DNA of 64,000 nt from the NCBI GenBank assembly GCA_033442325.1, contig JAWQFM010000007.1, forward strand, positions 634,765 through 698,764. Reading direction: 5' to 3'. The notes beneath the pieces were generated by a model. That model searched no databases. It saw only the letters and a list, made by a program, of their open reading frames with translations, and was not told the origin of the DNA. The stretch comes from Salpingoeca rosetta. Its lineage: Eukaryota; Protista; Choanoflagellata. Positions 35,820 to 56,079 of the stretch are shown here, piece after piece (position 1 is the stretch's first letter; each line of letters opens with the position of its first letter). The translations under genes and the position numbers were made by a program.

Positions 35820-38027
35820 CTACTTGAGAGATGCCAGCAGCGTGCGGGCAAGGTTGAGGATTGGAGCATCATCCCGGAAACGGTGAATGGCCTCGGTGGC
35901 CAGCTTGGCGGCTGTGGTGCGGACACATTGCCAGTCTTGTCGCTGTTGTTGCTGCTGTTGCATGATGGGTACGAGGGTGGTGAACACAGACAGTGAGGCA
36001 ACGTGCACACTTCTGCTGCGCTGGTGGTGGAGCGCTGTGGCAATTGCAGCGCTAGCTACATCACCACTCCAGTCACAAACAATTGCGGTGGTGCGTGCTG
36101 CAGCTGCCGTTTTGCCCGCACCCACAGCACCGCCACTGCTGCTGTCGCTGGTGGTACTTGTGCTCTTGCCACGAATGCAACCTAGGATACGCTTGAGAAG
36201 AGTGCTGATGCAGTGGCAGGCAGCACGCGCGATGCTGGCGTTGTCCTTGTGCTGCTGCAATGCCTCTGTCATCACCTCAACCCCGCCCAGATCAACCACG
36301 CTGGACACAGTGCTGGCACACCGACGCATGAGCTTGGCCAGCACTTTGCACCCAGCCCGTTGAATGGCTGGCACGCTCGAGTGCGTGTGCATTGCCGTGA
36401 TGATGGCTGCATAGCCGCCCTTTGCCACCATGTGGTTGAGCACGATTGAGCCATCGCAACTGCTGTCATCGTTGTCGTCGTCACGGTCACCGTCAGCATC
36501 ACGCACCAGCATATTCAGCACCCCACACCCACATGTCTGGATACACTCGTCTCCTTGATGATGCCACATTACCATCAGCATCAGCGCAGGAACTTTGCGC
36601 AGAAGCACTTGCCGCACCTCCACCCAGCCATTGCCTGGGTCACTGCCAGCGGCGTCCTCGCTGTTGGTGTTGTTACTGTTGTCGTTGTTGTCAGACACGC
36701 TATTGGTAATGCTGCTGTTGTTGTTAGACACGTCACCAACAGCTACGGTCGGGGCTTTGGTTGTGCGTGTGTGCGCTCGCTGCCTGGATTGAGATGTGTG
36801 TCTTCGAACGACGCGCTCAATGATGCAGCAGACGAGCCTCTGGGCTTCGTAATCGCCCGCATGCATGTGAGCGGCGTCGATGATGGTGTTGGTCGCATGT
36901 ACATCCGCAGCCAGGGCATTGACGATGGTGCTGGGGCTCTCAATCATGCAGGCAACGATACCTGTCAGCGCTGTTGTCAGCGCTTCCGCCCGCTTAGCAT
37001 ACACAGCAGGTGGGTCGCACAGGATGGAGCGAAGGCATTGCTGCGCAGCCCGCAACCCTTCACCCTGACTACCCGTGCTGTCATCGCCATCACCACCATT
37101 CACACCAGCTTCATCCACTGTGTTTTTCACGCCACCCCTTCCATCACAGACCCCTGTATCACCACCACCAGTGCCCCGCTCTTTGCTGCTGATGTCATCA
37201 CAGCTGGAGCGGCTGCTGCTGTCGCTGTACTTCGGCAATCTCCTCCTTGTTGACGCTCTGGCTGTGGCCCTGGCTGTGGTTGGGGTGAGTGTGGCTCCTG
37301 GGTTCCAATAACCCATCGACTCTGAGTACCGTGTGAGTTGAGAAGAGGCAGTCGCGCTTCCGACCTCACACTCATGCCCATGCGTTGCAGCCTGGCTGTG
37401 TCGGTGTGGAGTGGATGGGGCTGGGGACTGCTCTCCGCTCCTCGTTCTCGACACGTGCACTGCCACATCGTGGACGCGACTGGATGCACCGCTGACGAGA
37501 TGCAAGATGCTGCAGATGACTGCCTCTGGCGGCTCAGGCTTCCACAGGGTCAAGGTGGACACGGAGGACGAGGATGAGAATGCTGAGACGCTTGTTGTTG
37601 AAGACGACAGTGCTGTCATCGACGCGCACGCGCGGAGCGTGGCATACTGGTACTGGGGGAACCAGATACCAGAGTGGTGCTGAGAGCGCGTGAGCAGGTT
37701 CTGAGTGCTAATGTACTTGAAGTTGTGGCACATGTGGATCAGCAGCACCCGCTTCTGCTCCTTAATGATGAAGCTCAGCTCGTCGTGCATGCTGAACAGC
37801 TCTGCGGTGCGCTTGCCGTACAGCTTCGTGCCCAGGACCACGATGAGGTCGGCGTTGCGAATGTGGTCCTGGGTCAGGTCTGCAACACGCGCATCGTTGC
37901 GGGTGGCTGGGCTTAAGGCCACATGGTCGATACCGTGCGCTTGCAGTCTCTGTCGAAGTGCAACTGCCTCCCGTGCACCCTCAATTGACTGGAATGAAAT
38001 GAAGATGCGAGGTCCTGGTGAGGGCAT
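35820..38027 (-). CDS. Intronless TIR (TIR_2-like) domain + armadillo-repeat protein, about 735 aa
   Basis: The N-terminus RIFISFQSIEGAREAVALRQRLQAHGI...IRNADLIVVLGTKLYG...SMHDELSFIIKEQKRVLLIHM fits the TIR alpha/beta pattern. C-terminal ARM units: MVMWHHQGDECIQTCGCGVLNML, GGYAAIITAMHTHSSVPAIQRAGCKVLAKL, GGVEVMTEALQQHKDNASIARAACHCI. Confidence 0.75.
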   Translation of the reverse strand: MPSPGPRIFISFQSIEGAREAVALRQRLQAHGIDHVALSPATRNDARVADLTQDHIRNADLIVVLGTKLYGKRTAELFSMHDELSFIIKEQKRVLLIHMCHNFKYISTQNLLTRSQHHSGIWFPQYQYATLRACASMTALSSSTTSVSAFSSSSSVSTLTLWKPEPPEAVICSILHLVSGASSRVHDVAVHVSRTRSGEQSPAPSTPHRHSQAATHGHECEVGSATASSQLTRYSESMGYWNPGATLTPTTARATARASTRRRLPKYSDSSSRSSCDDISSKERGTGGGDTGVCDGRGGVKNTVDEAGVNGGDGDDSTGSQGEGLRAAQQCLRSILCDPPAVYAKRAEALTTALTGIVACMIESPSTIVNALAADVHATNTIIDAAHMHAGDYEAQRLVCCIIERVVRRHTSQSRQRAHTRTTKAPTVAVGDVSNNNSSITNSVSDNNDNSNNTNSEDAAGSDPGNGWVEVRQVLLRKVPALMLMVMWHHQGDECIQTCGCGVLNMLVRDADGDRDDDNDDSSCDGSIVLNHMVAKGGYAAIITAMHTHSSVPAIQRAGCKVLAKLMRRCASTVSSVVDLGGVEVMTEALQQHKDNASIARAACHCISTLLKRILGCIRGKSTSTTSDSSSGGAVGAGKTAAAARTTAIVCDWSGDVASAAIATALHHQRSRSVHVASLSVFTTLVPIMQQQQQQRQDWQCVRTTAAKLATEAIHRFRDDAPILNLARTLLASLK

Positions 38028-38645
38028 CGTTCCAAGAGAAGAAGAGGTCTGATGGATGACTATGAAAAGAGTCCTTGCTGCGCACAAAGGGAGCGGCTGT
38101 GGTCTGGCCTGGTGAGCAGGGTAGTGGGGTTGTGAAAGCAGCGTGCTGTGGTGCTGCTGTTGTGCTTGCTGTTGTGCTGTGGTCTGGCTCACATGCACTC
38201 ACGCTGCAGTCGAGTGCACGCTGATTGAAATGCGCAGCATGCTGCTGTCGCCTTCACACACCAGACCTCCTGTTGTCCCCCTTCCTCGTTGCCTCGCTAC
38301 CTCGAGTGCTGCTGCACTCTCAACGCCTTGAACAGGCCTGTGTGTGGCAGGTCGGCGAGGACGTGCAGCATGAAATCGCACCTATCAAGGCCCAACGCGA
38401 GAAGCACGCAAACTTGAGCGAGGCTTGCATACTTGCACGGCATTCTTCCCAAAATGACTGCTCATGACGTCCTCGGCCTTACGTTCGCGACGCTAACATT
38501 TACGTACTTTGGGTGGGAAATGTGCAATGTAAACAGGTAACGACAATGAGAACCTAACGCAAGGAACTGTACGACGAGGATATGGTTGCAGTGGTCACAT
38601 GTTGTTGTGTGATATGAGACCCCAACACGTCATAACGTCACGCCA

Positions 38646-39370
38646 TCAAACAAGGGCAGAGTGCACGGATTTCCAGTCGTCGGCCGTCATGTGTGGGGGG
38701 ATTGGCGTTGATGCTGACGAAGCGGCAATCGAAGCACGGCCAGAGTTGTCCTCCTCGTTCCACCTGTTTGGTGTTGGTGTCACATCACGTGTCAATCAAT
38801 GTTTGTGGTTGGTGCGATGCGTCAGTGCAATGTTCAACAGGCAGACGTCAATGATTAGAAGAAGGTTGGTTCTCCACACACCGGCAGAGCCAAAAGAGAT
38901 GGAGGGCGTGCACGATGCCTCGCTGCAGTGCATGCCTTCGTACCGGTAGAAGTAGTGTGCGTCATGGAAGTGATGTTCCTGCGTCACATGGCTCAGCACA
39001 CCGTGGGCAACCAGTGCCCTATGCAAGCAACGTGAAACAGAAGGGGGGGGGGAGGAGGGGAAGATGTTGGTGATATTGTGACGACACGGAAGAGACAGGG
39101 ATACACAGAGAGTCATATTCTTCCCCCCCCCCCAAACACGCACGGTCATTATCACCACGTCAGCAGATGCACACACCTTCCAATGCGGCTAGCGTGTTGT
39201 TTGGAGGATGCGATCTTTGTGTCACAGAGATGGGTGACAAGTTCCGATCCCACCAGAACACCGTTGTACTTGCGTAGTCGGTGTGTCCTCGTCCCAATGA
39301 GCTCATCCCGGGTCGCAGCCAGCGCCTATGGTTGCCGCACATGCCACAACACATGTTAGTGAAACAACCA

Positions 39371-39421
<51 letters not shown>

Positions 39422-40007
39422 CACACACAAGCAAGCAAACTTGCACATTCACAAACGCGTGCCACATAGACACACACACACATACACAGAGACACACACC
39501 TGGCGCATGCCCCGGACGTCGAGCACATCGTTCAGGGCCTGGTCCGTATCCAGGACTGCGACCTCCTCTGTGCCGTAGATGACAGAGCGCACGCGTGCTT
39601 CGATGCGGTTGTACACGCGTCCAATGACGGCAAGCAGGTCACCACGTGTTCCCAGCGCAAGGAAGAGAACCACGCCCTGTGCGTTGAGCAGTGCGTAATC
39701 GAGAAACAGCACCTCAAAGTAGATGCCAGATGTCTGCCATGTCCATGTGTATGCAAGTGTGGGCACAACAAGGCAAATTGCAGATGTCATAACCGTGGAA
39801 TGATGGCGCGCGCGGGAGCACACGGAGGCATCACAAGCATGATCAGGCATGCACAGGTTCACCATGGAAAAGCACGCACATCCATACACGCAAAGATGAA
39901 CATACCACACATCACAACGCACCCTGCCGTTGGTCAGCACCCACAAGCAGGAGCACATGCCAAGTAGGGATGACAAGGCTGCAGTGCGAAACAGTTGAAC
40001 ACAACAC

Positions 40008-40094
<87 letters not shown>

Positions 40095-41371
40095 GGACAG
40101 CGGCCGAGGGGAGGGGGGGGGGTTAGCCACCAAGTAATTGGTGAGCTCATGACGCGTCACACACCAATCACAAATGAGCATTAGCTCGTATGTTGTCCTC
40201 GCAAGCACCGTCGCACAGGAGGTGTGGAGGAGCAACACACAGCCGCGCTCTTACCCCAGTAGCTGAGAACAGCAAGATGGCGCAAGCCCATTGGTGACGC
40301 AGGTGCAACCTGTGTCGACAAGGGGTGGGCAATTTGTTACCCGCAGCAACAGCAGCAGCAACAGCAGCAGCAACAGCAGCAGCAGCAGCGTGAGGACAAC
40401 ACATCAGCTCGACATAGCACTCAAGCCCAACCTCAAACGTCAAGAACACACACAGACACACAGACACACAGACACAGACACACAGACACACACACACATA
40501 CACACACACACAAAGACACACACACAAAGACACACACAAAGACACAAAACAGACAGATGTCCGGGTTATCTGTACACACAACAGGCGCGCGAATACAAGC
40601 CACGCACGTCACTCTCAGATGTTTGTGAAACGGCAAAATTGGTGCCGCCGCTGTCTCCCGTGGCGTTGATGGATGATCTTGTGCGTTGGCCCAGCAGCAG
40701 TGGTTGTGTTTCGTCATCTCCTGTCCCACCACTGTCGCTGCTGTGGCGATGGGTGTGCGCACGTCTCGAGGTGCTGGGCTGTCCGCCGTTCGTGTCATCG
40801 AGCGGAACACCGTTCACTGTGATCACGACTTGCGCTTCAGTCCCTGCTGATGTGTCTGGACACTGGCAGCAGTTGGCGCACGCACCGTGTTGCATACCAC
40901 TGGCGGCGTTGTGCGCGCCACAGGAGTGTCCCCTCTCACACGTCATGCGTCTCGTCGTCGTTGTCGGTGTTGGTGGGGGCAATGATCGCGCCGAACGGCT
41001 GTTGTGCATGTGTGCGGCATTGTGTTGCATGCGTGTGTGTGCATGTTTGTGTGAACGTGCGTGTGTGTGTGTGCGTGTGTGTATGTGTGTGAGAATGTAT
41101 GTTTGTGTATGTGCGACCGGACATGCAAAAGTCCAGGGCGATGAACAGAGTGGCACCCACGGTGAAGCCGTGAGCCCGCATGAGGAAAGCCCTGGTTCAA
41201 GCTTTGTGCACATCGTCGCTGTCGTGTCGCACCTTCGATGCCGCCCGAGCGAAAGGATGATATAGACCAGCGACAGCGTGCATAGGCACAGGATCGTCAG
41301 GGCGGTGTAAAACGATGCAGTGCCTGCAAGCAAACTGCAGGTGATGCCTTTTCCCGGTGCTGTCATGACAC

Positions 41372-41432
<61 letters not shown>

Positions 41433-42562
41433 AACGTGTGCACAAACGAATCAGTCAGGCCAGGATTGAGTGAGCAGTTAAATGCAATGCACCACAGGCA
41501 TCACACGGCACAGCACGTGGGTGCTGCGATGGTATCAAGGCTGATGCAGATCAACGGCACGCACAGCCAGACGTACAAATGGTTGGTTCGATGAGAAAGA
41601 CCAAGCCAACCAATAAAAGTGGTAAGCACTGCAGCATGCGGGCACGCATACAGCGAGGGTGTGAGTGAAAGGTTTGTGTTTGCGTGCGTCTGCGAGAGGG
41701 AAAGAGAGTGCGCGCGCGTGTGTGTGTGCGCGCGTGTGTGCGTGTGTGCGCATGGGAAGATGGTACAGTGGGCGTCGTAATGAAAACATCACATGTGGTG
41801 CGTGGACAAGTGCGAGTTGGCAGTTTGAGATCTTACAACGCTGATGCCAATGGTCGTGGTTGAGGAGCACGCACGAAGGCGGAAGCGAACAGAGTTCTTA
41901 GCCAGCGCCAGCTGAGAGGCAGGGGGCAAGTGGATACACAACGCATTGTAGGGTACACGTGGGCTTGAGCATTGCAGGACAACGACAAAGAACCCGGGGG
42001 TGACGAGCACAAGGCACAAGGAGACCAAGCAACTGCATGTGCATACATATGGGTACAAGCACGCACGCCTGAACACATGCATGTGCAAACATGTACACAG
42101 ACATACATTCGCACTGGCGCTTACAAGGTGAAAGCCAATGACAATGGCGGTGATGCGCGTTGCGAAGATGAAGAACCAAGAAGCGGAAAAGCGGAGGTCG
42201 GATCCAAGCGTCTACCCAAGCAGCAGGTTGGTGCGCAATTGCATCATGTCAGTCAGCAACAACATCATGCTCTCCCCAGCACGAGACTGACGAGTGTGTG
42301 CGAGACTTAGGCGGGCACATACACTCACACACACGCACACACACAGCCGCAAAGGCAAGCAGCACATGAACACCCTCTCCCTCCCCACATGTGCGAAGAG
42401 ACTCACAGGGCTGTCGATGGTGCACGTGTTGGCGGTGATGCCGAGGCCAACACACAGCACGGCAAACAACACATACAGGCGGTCGATGGTGCGGGAGAAC
42501 CTGGAGCAGAGATGACGCCACGAGCAATACGGAACGCAATGCAGAGCACCACGTGCCAACAA

Positions 42563-42632
<70 letters not shown>

Positions 42633-42978
42633 GAACAAACAACATGGGTGCATGCCACACCGCAGCGTGAGCAGGAAGGAGAGACAACGACCAGTGCAGG
42701 GTTCGAATGCATCTGTTTCAATGACACGGCACAGACTTGTTGTTTGCGGCGTAAAGGGCGATGAAGAGAACGGCGGCAACAATGGATGCGGTGCTGAGGT
42801 TGATGCCTGCGTCGCTCACCAAGTCTATGCGAGCAAAGCCCACGGCATGGGGGTGGGATGATAGAGGGAAGTTGACCGGCACGGGTGGGTCAGAAACGAA
42901 GCAGCACACGACTAACACACAGCATAAGAAAGACACCACAACACGCGCAACCAAGCACGCCAAGACAGGCATTCATCG

Positions 42979-43043
<65 letters not shown>

Positions 43044-43683
43044 TGCAGGCTTGCAACTTTGGCGTTTGTCACGGTGATAGTTGCCATTTTTGCTGAGATG
43101 AACATGAGCGGGGCAGCAATGACGGTGCCAACGACCACCACGGAGGCAGCCAGGTCGATGTCAACGCCTGCGGCCGTGCGGGGGTGAAGATGATCGATGA
43201 GGGGGCGGGGGAGAGGTTTGTGGGGTATGAGCACGCGGACAGCATAATTCGGTGCATAGCGCTCACACAGACACAAGTACAGACACAGGTCAAAGATGGA
43301 GACGGACGGCAAACACACATTGACGCAGACACACAGACACACACAGACAGACAGACAGACACACAGGCAGACAGACAGACACACACACACACACACGCAC
43401 AAACGCACGCACAAAGCAGCAATAACAGCAGCAGCGCTGTGTGACATGATGTGTGCTCACCGTATTGCTGGGCGAAGGGAAGTGCTCCTGGAGCAGAAGG
43501 AAACGTGCCGTAGATGAAGCCAAACAAGTTGAGAAAGTACTTGTCCTTCATGCTGCCATGATCATCATCGTCATCACCAGCAGCCCCACTGAAATAGTTG
43601 GCTGTGTCTGTTGTGAACATGACTGTATCGTCATCATCATCTGGCCGCTCAGGCAACGAGATCTGCCGTGACGATGATGATGG

Positions 43684-43733
<50 letters not shown>

Positions 43734-44325
43734 GTGGTGGCGGAATGCAGACGGTAGCGACATGAATGCGAGACAAGGTAGGCAGTCAACACGCGTTTCA
43801 TCACAGCAGCAGACGGGCGTGCATACCATGCGCTGGTTGAGGAGGGAGAGGAAGAGCGCGATGAGGATGGGAAGCAGAACGCTTTTCGCAAGAACAACAG
43901 CGAGGGACTTCATCAGATTGGGGCCTGATTCAGCACAGTGTTGATTGTTGAAGATGTTCATGGATGAGATGTGCGTGAAGATGTGACGAAGCCAACGATC
44001 ACAACAACAAAACAAAACTCAAAACAGCACAGGTACACGCAAACACTCACACCCACACTCACACATGCATAAGGTAACAGACCTTTGAGCTGTGACGCCT
44101 TGCCGACCATGTTGGCTCCAAGGTTGAGGAGTGCGAGAGCGTTGAAGGCAGACCCGATAAGCTGGTAATGGGGTGACATGATGGTGGTTGCATCGGCACA
44201 AAGGATGTGAGGCTTGTGGGAGAGGGGCAAACGTGCACAGACACACGGACACACGGACACACGGACACACGGACACACACATACACACACAGAGACACAG
44301 ACACACACACACACACAGAGACACA

Positions 44326-44368
<43 letters not shown>

Positions 44369-45059
44369 ACAGACACACCGCGAGCGGCTGCTCGATAATG
44401 GCGGGGAGATTCTGTTTGAAGATGAAGTTGAGGGCGACGCCGAGGAATGTGGCGATGACAACCGGGGACTTGAAGATGGCAATGACGATGGACAGGCCAA
44501 AGCCCAGCCTGCCCCATGCAGAGGTGGTGGTAGCAGCGACGGTGGTGAGCAGGGGAATCACGTGGAAACGAAATAAAGATATGTAAACATGACACAGACA
44601 GACAGACAGACACACACACACACAGACACACACACACACACAGACACACACACAGACACACACAGACACAGACACAGACACAGACACAGACACAGACACA
44701 GACACAGACACAGACACACACACACGTGTGGCGTACCGCGAGGGCGGGCGCATGCCGGCTTTGCGGGTGCCGAATTCGAGGAGAAAGAGGGATATGGGAT
44801 ACACCATGAGGAAGTTGATGGGCGCAAAGAGGTAGAGATAGTTGGTCAGCTCAACAGGATACAGTGCAGACAGGATGGGCAGTCCGAGGGCAAAGTCGTT
44901 GCTCTGTGGCAGCCGTGGTGGAGAGGCAATTGTTAGGGGTTGAATGATGGCGACATTATTACAAGAGAGTGTGGAGCAAGGTGAGTGCCAGCACAAGTGC
45001 ATGTGGGTGCAAGGGTGGCAGTGTAAAAAGGAGAATTTGTACTCCGGCACGAGTGCATT

Positions 45060-45129
<70 letters not shown>

Positions 45130-46266
45130 GTATTGAGACTGCGGTTAGAAGCGCGATGTAGTGGCTGCGACACCTGTACGCCGAGGATGCCACGAAGGCC
45201 GCCCTGCGCAAAGCTCACAAAGGAGAACCTGGGAAGGCACAGTTGAAGGCATCATGCGATGGTGTTGAGGTTTCCGTTGGTCGGGGCAGCGGTATCAGAA
45301 ATGTCAGGAAATGGGGTCATGCAGTTTACACGCACGCGCATGCAACGCAGCAATCAATGTTCCATCTTTATCCATGCAAAAAGCGAACTGGTTTCGTGCA
45401 CATCTGACGCTGGTGTAATGTAACATACCCAGAGGCGATCATGGTGACGAAGATGACGATGAGCAGCACTGCCAGCTTGCCCAGTGCCACGCCGAGGATC
45501 AGCAACCATCTCACGGAGCTAAAGCGGAACGGGAGAGAGTGAATGTGTGTATATTTGCGTGTGAATGTGTGGGTGAGTGTGTGTATATTTGTGTGTGAAT
45601 GTGTGTATATTTGCGTGTGTATGTGTGTGTATGTAAGAGCACAAGCTGTTCCGTTGAAGCTGCGGGTCCTATGGGCTGGCTGTCAACACGGGGGTCAGTG
45701 CGTGTACCTGAAGTCGAGGGTGGCCATGGCCTTGAGGATGAGGCAGGGCAGGACGAGTTTCACAATCAGTGCACCGACCACCTGTCGCCCACTCCTGTCT
45801 AAGATGTTCATCCTTCCGAGGCAAGCGAGTGAGTGCGTGCGTGCGTGAGTGAGTGAGTGAGTGAGTGCGTGCGTGCGTGAGTGAGTGAGTGAGTAAGTGA
45901 GTGAGTGAGTGAGTGAGTGAGTGAGTGAGTGAGTGAGTGAGTGAGTGAGTGTGTGTGTGAGTGAGTGAGTGAGTGAGTGAGTGTGTGAGTGAGTGAGTGA
46001 GTGAGTGAGTGAGTGAGTGAGTGAGTGAGTGAGTGAGTGAGTGAGTGAGTGAGTGAGTGAGTGAGTGAGTGAGTGAGTGAGTGAGTGAGTGTGTGTGTGA
46101 GTGTGTGTGTGTGTGAGTGTGTGTGAGTATGTGGCGTGCATGCGTGTGTACTTCTCTTGTTGCCTCTCCCTCCTTCGCTTCTTTCTTACTTTCCAAGGAT
46201 GAAACCAAAGATGATGACCAAAAAGGTTGTGCACAGGGCAATGAGCAGCCCGCCCGTCACGTCCAT
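38646..46266 (-). CDS. GPR155: GPR155/LYCHOS homolog (PIN/auxin-efflux-like transporter domain + GPCR-like domain + DEP domain)
   Basis: Start MDVTGGLLIALCTTFLVIIFGFILGK-MNILDRSGRQVVGALIVKLVLPCLILKAMATLDF. Crossover motifs SNDFALGLPIL and FIYGTFPSAPG. Also YLYLFAPINFLMVYPISLFLLEF, GIYFEVLFLDYALLNAQGVVLF and DEP motif LVAHGVLSHVTQEHHFHDAHYFYR. Likely last exon WNEEDNSG...SVHSALV* with stop at 38646-38648. Confidence 0.9.
42566..42632. repeat. (GCAA)n microsatellite
   Basis: Perfect tetranucleotide run in a GPR155 intron. Confidence 0.95.
45845..46090. repeat. (GAGT)n tetranucleotide microsatellite
   Basis: About 250 bp near-perfect run in GPR155 intron 1. Confidence 0.95.
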
Positions 46267-46399
46267 CGTGGCGCTCTTGTTGCTCCTCGCAGTGCCGCGC
46301 GATGGGTCTGAGGAGATGGCGGAGTGCGCACAACAAACAAGCGAGAGTCCTTCCTCCAACGCATTTTGTGGTGTCGCATCGAACTTATCAACGTGGATC

Positions 46400-53822
<7,423 letters not shown>

Positions 53823-54198
53823 CAGCACGCCAAGCAAAGCAAGCCTGCGAGCAGAGCAAGCAACTGTGGCTCACTCTGTTCGAGTTTTCAATGAAAACGT
53901 TCACCAATATTCGTCAACTCTCAACTGTGGAGCAAAGACGACGCAAAGAAGGAGAAAGGAAGACAGCAGACAGACAAGAAGCAATAAGTGTGACGCTGAG
54001 GAGGGCATGGAGAGGCCGAGAGCATCGCGCTCACAACGCAAGGAAGTGAAGATTGGAGGTGTTGAGGTAGGGACATCAGCGCCAGCAAACAGTGGTGGTA
54101 TTGAAAGCACAGCCAACACGAACGCAGCGACAGCAGCAGCAAGTGCTGGGCAGCAGCGCAGATTACAACAGTCGAAACGTGCAGCAGGAGGCAAGAAG

Positions 54199-55438
54199 AT
54201 GGCACCGCCGAGAACATTTTCGGGTCAGGGGCGAAACAAGACGCTCGCCGTCGCGGAGAGGGTGCGCAAGGCTGTTGACGGGCACCTGGATGCAGCAGAT
54301 AAAGCCATGGAGCTTGCCGCAAAAGCAAGATCAAGGCTCAAACATTCCATCGAGGTGAGTGAGTGTGCGTATGTGTGTGAGTGTGTATGTGAGTTGGTCT
54401 GAGTGCGTATGTGAGTTGGTTTGAGTGTGTGCGTGCGTGTGTGTGCGCGAGTGAGTGTGGGGAAACACAGAGGGGAAGTAAGTTTACGTGTGTCTTTTCT
54501 GTGAGTGTCTTTTCTGTGAGTGTCTTTTCTGTGAGTGTCTTTTCTGTGAGTGCCAGAGGTACTGGGGGGGCGGGGGCGGCTTTTGTTGTGCGTGGATGCC
54601 GGTGGGTGTGTGGCGAGAGCTGATCCCAATGTGCATGGGACTGTATGCAGGTGAAGGCTGCGTTGAGAGATGTAACGGCCGTCAAGGGCGAATCCAAGGC
54701 CACCCAAGCGACGGTGGGTGCCATTTTGATGTCTGCTTAGAGTAGGGGTGCTTAGACGTGCTTGTGGCATCCTGTGTACATTTTGTATTGCCAACCGCAT
54801 CTCCTTTGCACATCGCTCACACACACGAGCATGATTTACTGACACACACACACACATACACACACGTACACATTCACATACATGCACACAACGCGCAACT
54901 ATCAGGACACAAGCAGCGGCGATGCACAGTTCCTGAAGGATCTCGTGCACGAGAATCGTGAGCTGCATGCGTTTGTGGGTGAAATGAAGACGACAATGCA
55001 AGTGGTGGTGGACCATCGTCGAAAGCAGGTGAGCTATCGACCACACACGTTTGCTCCGTCGGTTGTAACCCCAACTGCCAAATACACACACAGACAGACA
55101 CACAGAGATACACATACACACATATACACAAACACACACACACACATACACACATACACACACACACCACAAAGCACGTGCCAAACTCGCGCTCCATTGC
55201 ACGGGTCATCGCCTCTGCCCTCCTCTCTCCCATTCCACATGCCCCTGTGTGCTCACGGCACTGCACGTGTGCTGTCGGGTGGAGCAGATTGACGAGCTGC
55301 TGCGCATCCAAGATGAAGCGCGTGCCGACGCCGCCAGGACGAAGCAGGAGGCCGATGACAAGGTCGCAGCCCTCGAAAAGGTTCGCGCCCCGTGCTCCTC
55401 TTGTTGACCTTGCAGTATGTGTGTGTGTGTATGTGTGC

Positions 55439-55492
<54 letters not shown>

Positions 55493-55728
55493 GCGTGGTT
55501 GTTTGCGGACAACTGCACACGTGAGCCAGCAATGTGAGCGCATGGTGGTCGCTGTTTGTCCCCCCCCCCACACACATCCTCGGTTGCTCTTGTTGCTTCC
55601 TTTCTTCGTGCAGGAGGTGACCCGCCTGAACGCCAAGATTGAGGAAATGCAGCAGGTACGCTCGCCTGTCGTTTTGACACACGCATGGACACGGCATTGC
55701 ACACAGCAGAACCTTCCCACGTGTCTCT

Positions 55729-55809
<81 letters not shown>

Positions 55810-56079
55810 CAGGTGATGTGTGCCGCGGTTGAGGCGGATGCAGGGACGAGCGTGGATGCGCTCGCACAAGAGATTGCGCGTGTGGAAACGGAGAACAGCC
55901 AACTGCGCGAGCTGCTGTTGGTGTGTGACACATCCATCGCACCAGAGGGGGTGCACCCGCGCAGCGGTGGTGATGGTGGTGATGGTGGTGATGGTGGTGA
56001 TGGTGGTGATGGTGGTGATGGTGGTGGTGAGACGGACAGTAATGAGGATGGTGCGGAAGGGAAGAGCGAAGAGGAATGA
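54199..56079 (+). CDS. FGFR1OP2: SIKE/FGFR1OP2 family coiled-coil protein (STRIPAK component), 6 exons
   Basis: Spliced product ...KTLAVAERVRKAVDGHLDAADKAM...LKDLVHENRELHAFVGEMKTTMQVVVDHRRKQ...KIEEMQQVMCAAVEAD...EIARVETENSQLRELL parallels recalled FGFR1OP2 motifs (DHDDAAESL, LQQENKELR...LELIMSKYREQ, ITEMAAVMRKAIEID, LEQENKGLREIL). Confidence 0.75.

Noticed and set aside
45845-46090. (GAGT)n tract as telomere-like or cryptic 5' splice-site array
   Set aside because: Not a TTAGGG-type repeat. The host gene is on the minus strand, where it reads (ACTC)n, so the GTGAGT motifs are antisense.
54490-54553. Short minisatellites (15-bp x4 here; also about 18570-18625, 35626-35672, 3770-3820, 465-560)
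   Set aside because: Ordinary local slippage duplications in introns or intergenic DNA with no structural or coding signal.
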